A DNA stretch of 47,487 nucleotides, from the IMG/VR virus record IMGVR_UViG_3300034993_000075, positions 1 to 47,487 of that record. The stretch is one strand, 5' to 3'. The notes beneath the pieces were generated by a model. The model did no database searches. It was not told the origin of the DNA and was given only the letters and a program-made list of their open reading frames with translations. Position 1 is the first letter of the stretch. Each line of letters begins with the position of its first letter. Made by a program: the position numbers and the translations under genes. Origin of the DNA: a virus (Duplodnaviria; Caudoviricetes). Shown here in pieces: positions 45,996 to 47,487 of this stretch.

Positions 45996-46259
45996 TCACT
46001 CGAGTTCTCCCGCTTGACGACGTCGCACGTCCGGCCCTACCGACATGAACCGACTGAGCCGTGCACGTAGATCCAGCACGTCAGGATTCGTCGGCAGTTC
46101 CGCCGGTGGCTTTTCGTCGAACATGGCCTTCGCACACGTCTGGCAGCGAGCTCGCCGCGTCTCGCCGATCAACAACTCCAGCAGCGGTGAACCCTTCTCG
46201 ATCTCCGAGCGGCAATTACCACACGGGACGGTACGACGGGCCAGAATCCACGTCCTCAC
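45996..46259 (-). CDS. zinc-finger hypothetical protein
   Basis: CGNC..I.KG..CQTCA. Confidence 0.6.
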   Translation of the reverse strand: MRTWILARRTVPCGNCRSEIEKGSPLLELLIGETRRARCQTCAKAMFDEKPPAELPTNPDVLDLRARLSRFMSVGPDVRRRQAGELE

Positions 46260-47029
46260 AACACAGCCTCCGTCTTCCTCGGTTTGTTACAGGCCGTTGC
46301 GTTGGCACAGATCCGCTCGCTGGAGCATTCCGTCAGGTGAGGACACACCCACGGCTCCCGACGACTCACGAAGGTCGGCACCTGCCTCATGGGTGTCACC
46401 TCGTCGTTCCAGCGTTTCTGGTTCAGCCATGTCCTGGCGTGAGGAATAAACTGCGGATCGTTCCAGTTCTTCGCCTGCACCTGGACGGCCGACATGATCG
46501 CCGCGACTGTCTCGGAGTTTGGCTTCAGACGCAGCCACACCGACCACGCCACGTCCTTCGCCGTTTTCCGTGGATAGACCGCCCAAAACTGATCGAACGC
46601 CGCGCGGAGCGCGGTACTTGATCTATTCCCTTCCTGGATCTGCTCCCTGATCCGGATCAGGGGTTCTTGCACTGGGCTTACACCGGGTTTTTGATCACGA
46701 TCTGTAAGTGGTGGTGGATATTCGCTTTGCTGCTCTTTGACGTGCGGTTGCTGATGCTTCGCCCATGTCCGTATGGAGATGAGCCGCAGACCGTTCCCTT
46801 CGTACCTGGTGATCAAATTGGCGTTTGCCAGACAGCCCAACCCGTCGTTTACGTCCAAGTCGTCATAGGGGAAGATCATTGCTTTCAGCCTTACCGGTCG
46901 ATCCTCAAGTCGCCCGTCGCGATCCGCCTGTGTCCACAGGCCAATGAATAACAGTCGCCACTGATACGGGAGCGCCGCCACGTCCTCATTGAGAAAAAAT
47001 TGCGGTTTAATGCTACGAATCCGTGCCAC
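46256..47029 (-). CDS. phage replication initiator (replisome organiser)
   Basis: MARIRSIKP.FF..LFIGLW..AD..GR; C-terminal FDQFW..YPRK..HA.TWLN..RW.DE. Confidence 0.85.
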   Translation of the reverse strand: MARIRSIKPQFFLNEDVAALPYQWRLLFIGLWTQADRDGRLEDRPVRLKAMIFPYDDLDVNDGLGCLANANLITRYEGNGLRLISIRTWAKHQQPHVKEQQSEYPPPLTDRDQKPGVSPVQEPLIRIREQIQEGNRSSTALRAAFDQFWAVYPRKTAKDVAWSVWLRLKPNSETVAAIMSAVQVQAKNWNDPQFIPHARTWLNQKRWNDEVTPMRQVPTFVSRREPWVCPHLTECSSERICANATACNKPRKTEAVL

Positions 47030-47083
47030 GTCAGGCGATACCAGTAACCGTGTTCGTTGCCGGTCAGTTGTCGAAAAAGAGCC

Positions 47084-47487
47084 CTACTTCCACGAGTCAA
47101 CATCTGCGGCCGTGAACGGCGTCTTGTGCGACGGTTCAACCGCTCGCGAAATATCACCGACTGCAACCGCAGCACCGTTGGTGTTGACGATTCGATCGCC
47201 GTCGCGATCTGGAATCTTGTATTTCACGGCGAGGCGCTGGAAGTCTTGTTCGTACACGGCGTCGTGAAGAAACTCTGCCAGCCGAGTACGCCCTTTAGCG
47301 GGAGGCGGATAACTTTCGTCTTCACACTTCGCGATTGCCCTGATGATTCGGTGAAGATCTCGGAAGGACGGGATCATGCGCGGGGCCGTCCCTCCTCGCG
47401 CCCACTTCAACAGATCCACGTACACCCACGGAGCACCGTCGGCCTTCTTGTAGATCCCGACTTCCAACTTGCGCCGGCTGTTGTCGC
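47084..47487 (-). CDS. hypothetical protein spanning the circular junction (starts at 131)
   Basis: Frame is open to the sequence end and continues in the duplicated start. Confidence 0.75.
   Translation of the reverse strand, partial: DNSRRKLEVGIYKKADGAPWVYVDLLKWARGGTAPRMIPSFRDLHRIIRAIAKCEDESYPPPAKGRTRLAEFLHDAVYEQDFQRLAVKYKIPDRDGDRIVNTNGAAVAVGDISRAVEPSHKTPFTAADVDSWK

Noticed and set aside
47361-47487. Biological direct terminal repeat
   Set aside because: 127 nt equals a common assembler k-mer, it lies mid-gene, and the HNH/terminase type suggests cos ends elsewhere

Overview
The window is an apparently complete, circularly assembled genome (47,360 bp unique plus a 127-bp end overlap) of a GC-rich temperate siphovirus with HK97-like head genes. 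Almost all genes are on the minus strand. Only the cI-like repressor, a small membrane protein and the tyrosine integrase are on the plus strand, followed by an attP carrying the 3' half of tRNA-Ala(CGC). Reading the minus strand from the switch: cro, cII-like and early genes; YqaJ exonuclease plus a putative annealase; an LmbU-like/MT-A70 methyltransferase; then across the junction a replication initiator; a cassette-like array of small genes; an unusual ~7-kb block of virion-like adhesin genes placed before the terminase; HNH, terS, terL; a protease-capsid fusion; portal; a collagen-like protein; a six-gene glycosyltransferase/methyltransferase cluster; neck and tail genes; and a terminal block with secreted proteins but no recognisable endolysin. 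The most notable observations are (1) a putative virion-glycosylation locus with up to three sialyltransferase/Maf-like enzymes inside the head-neck operon, (2) a PKD + thrombospondin(spondin)-type repeat protein, (3) a signal-peptide beta-helix protein where the lysin is expected, (4) a frame break at the tape-measure start, and (5) repeated cassette-junction motifs. All family assignments come from motif recognition by eye; no database searches were run, and the host is not established.
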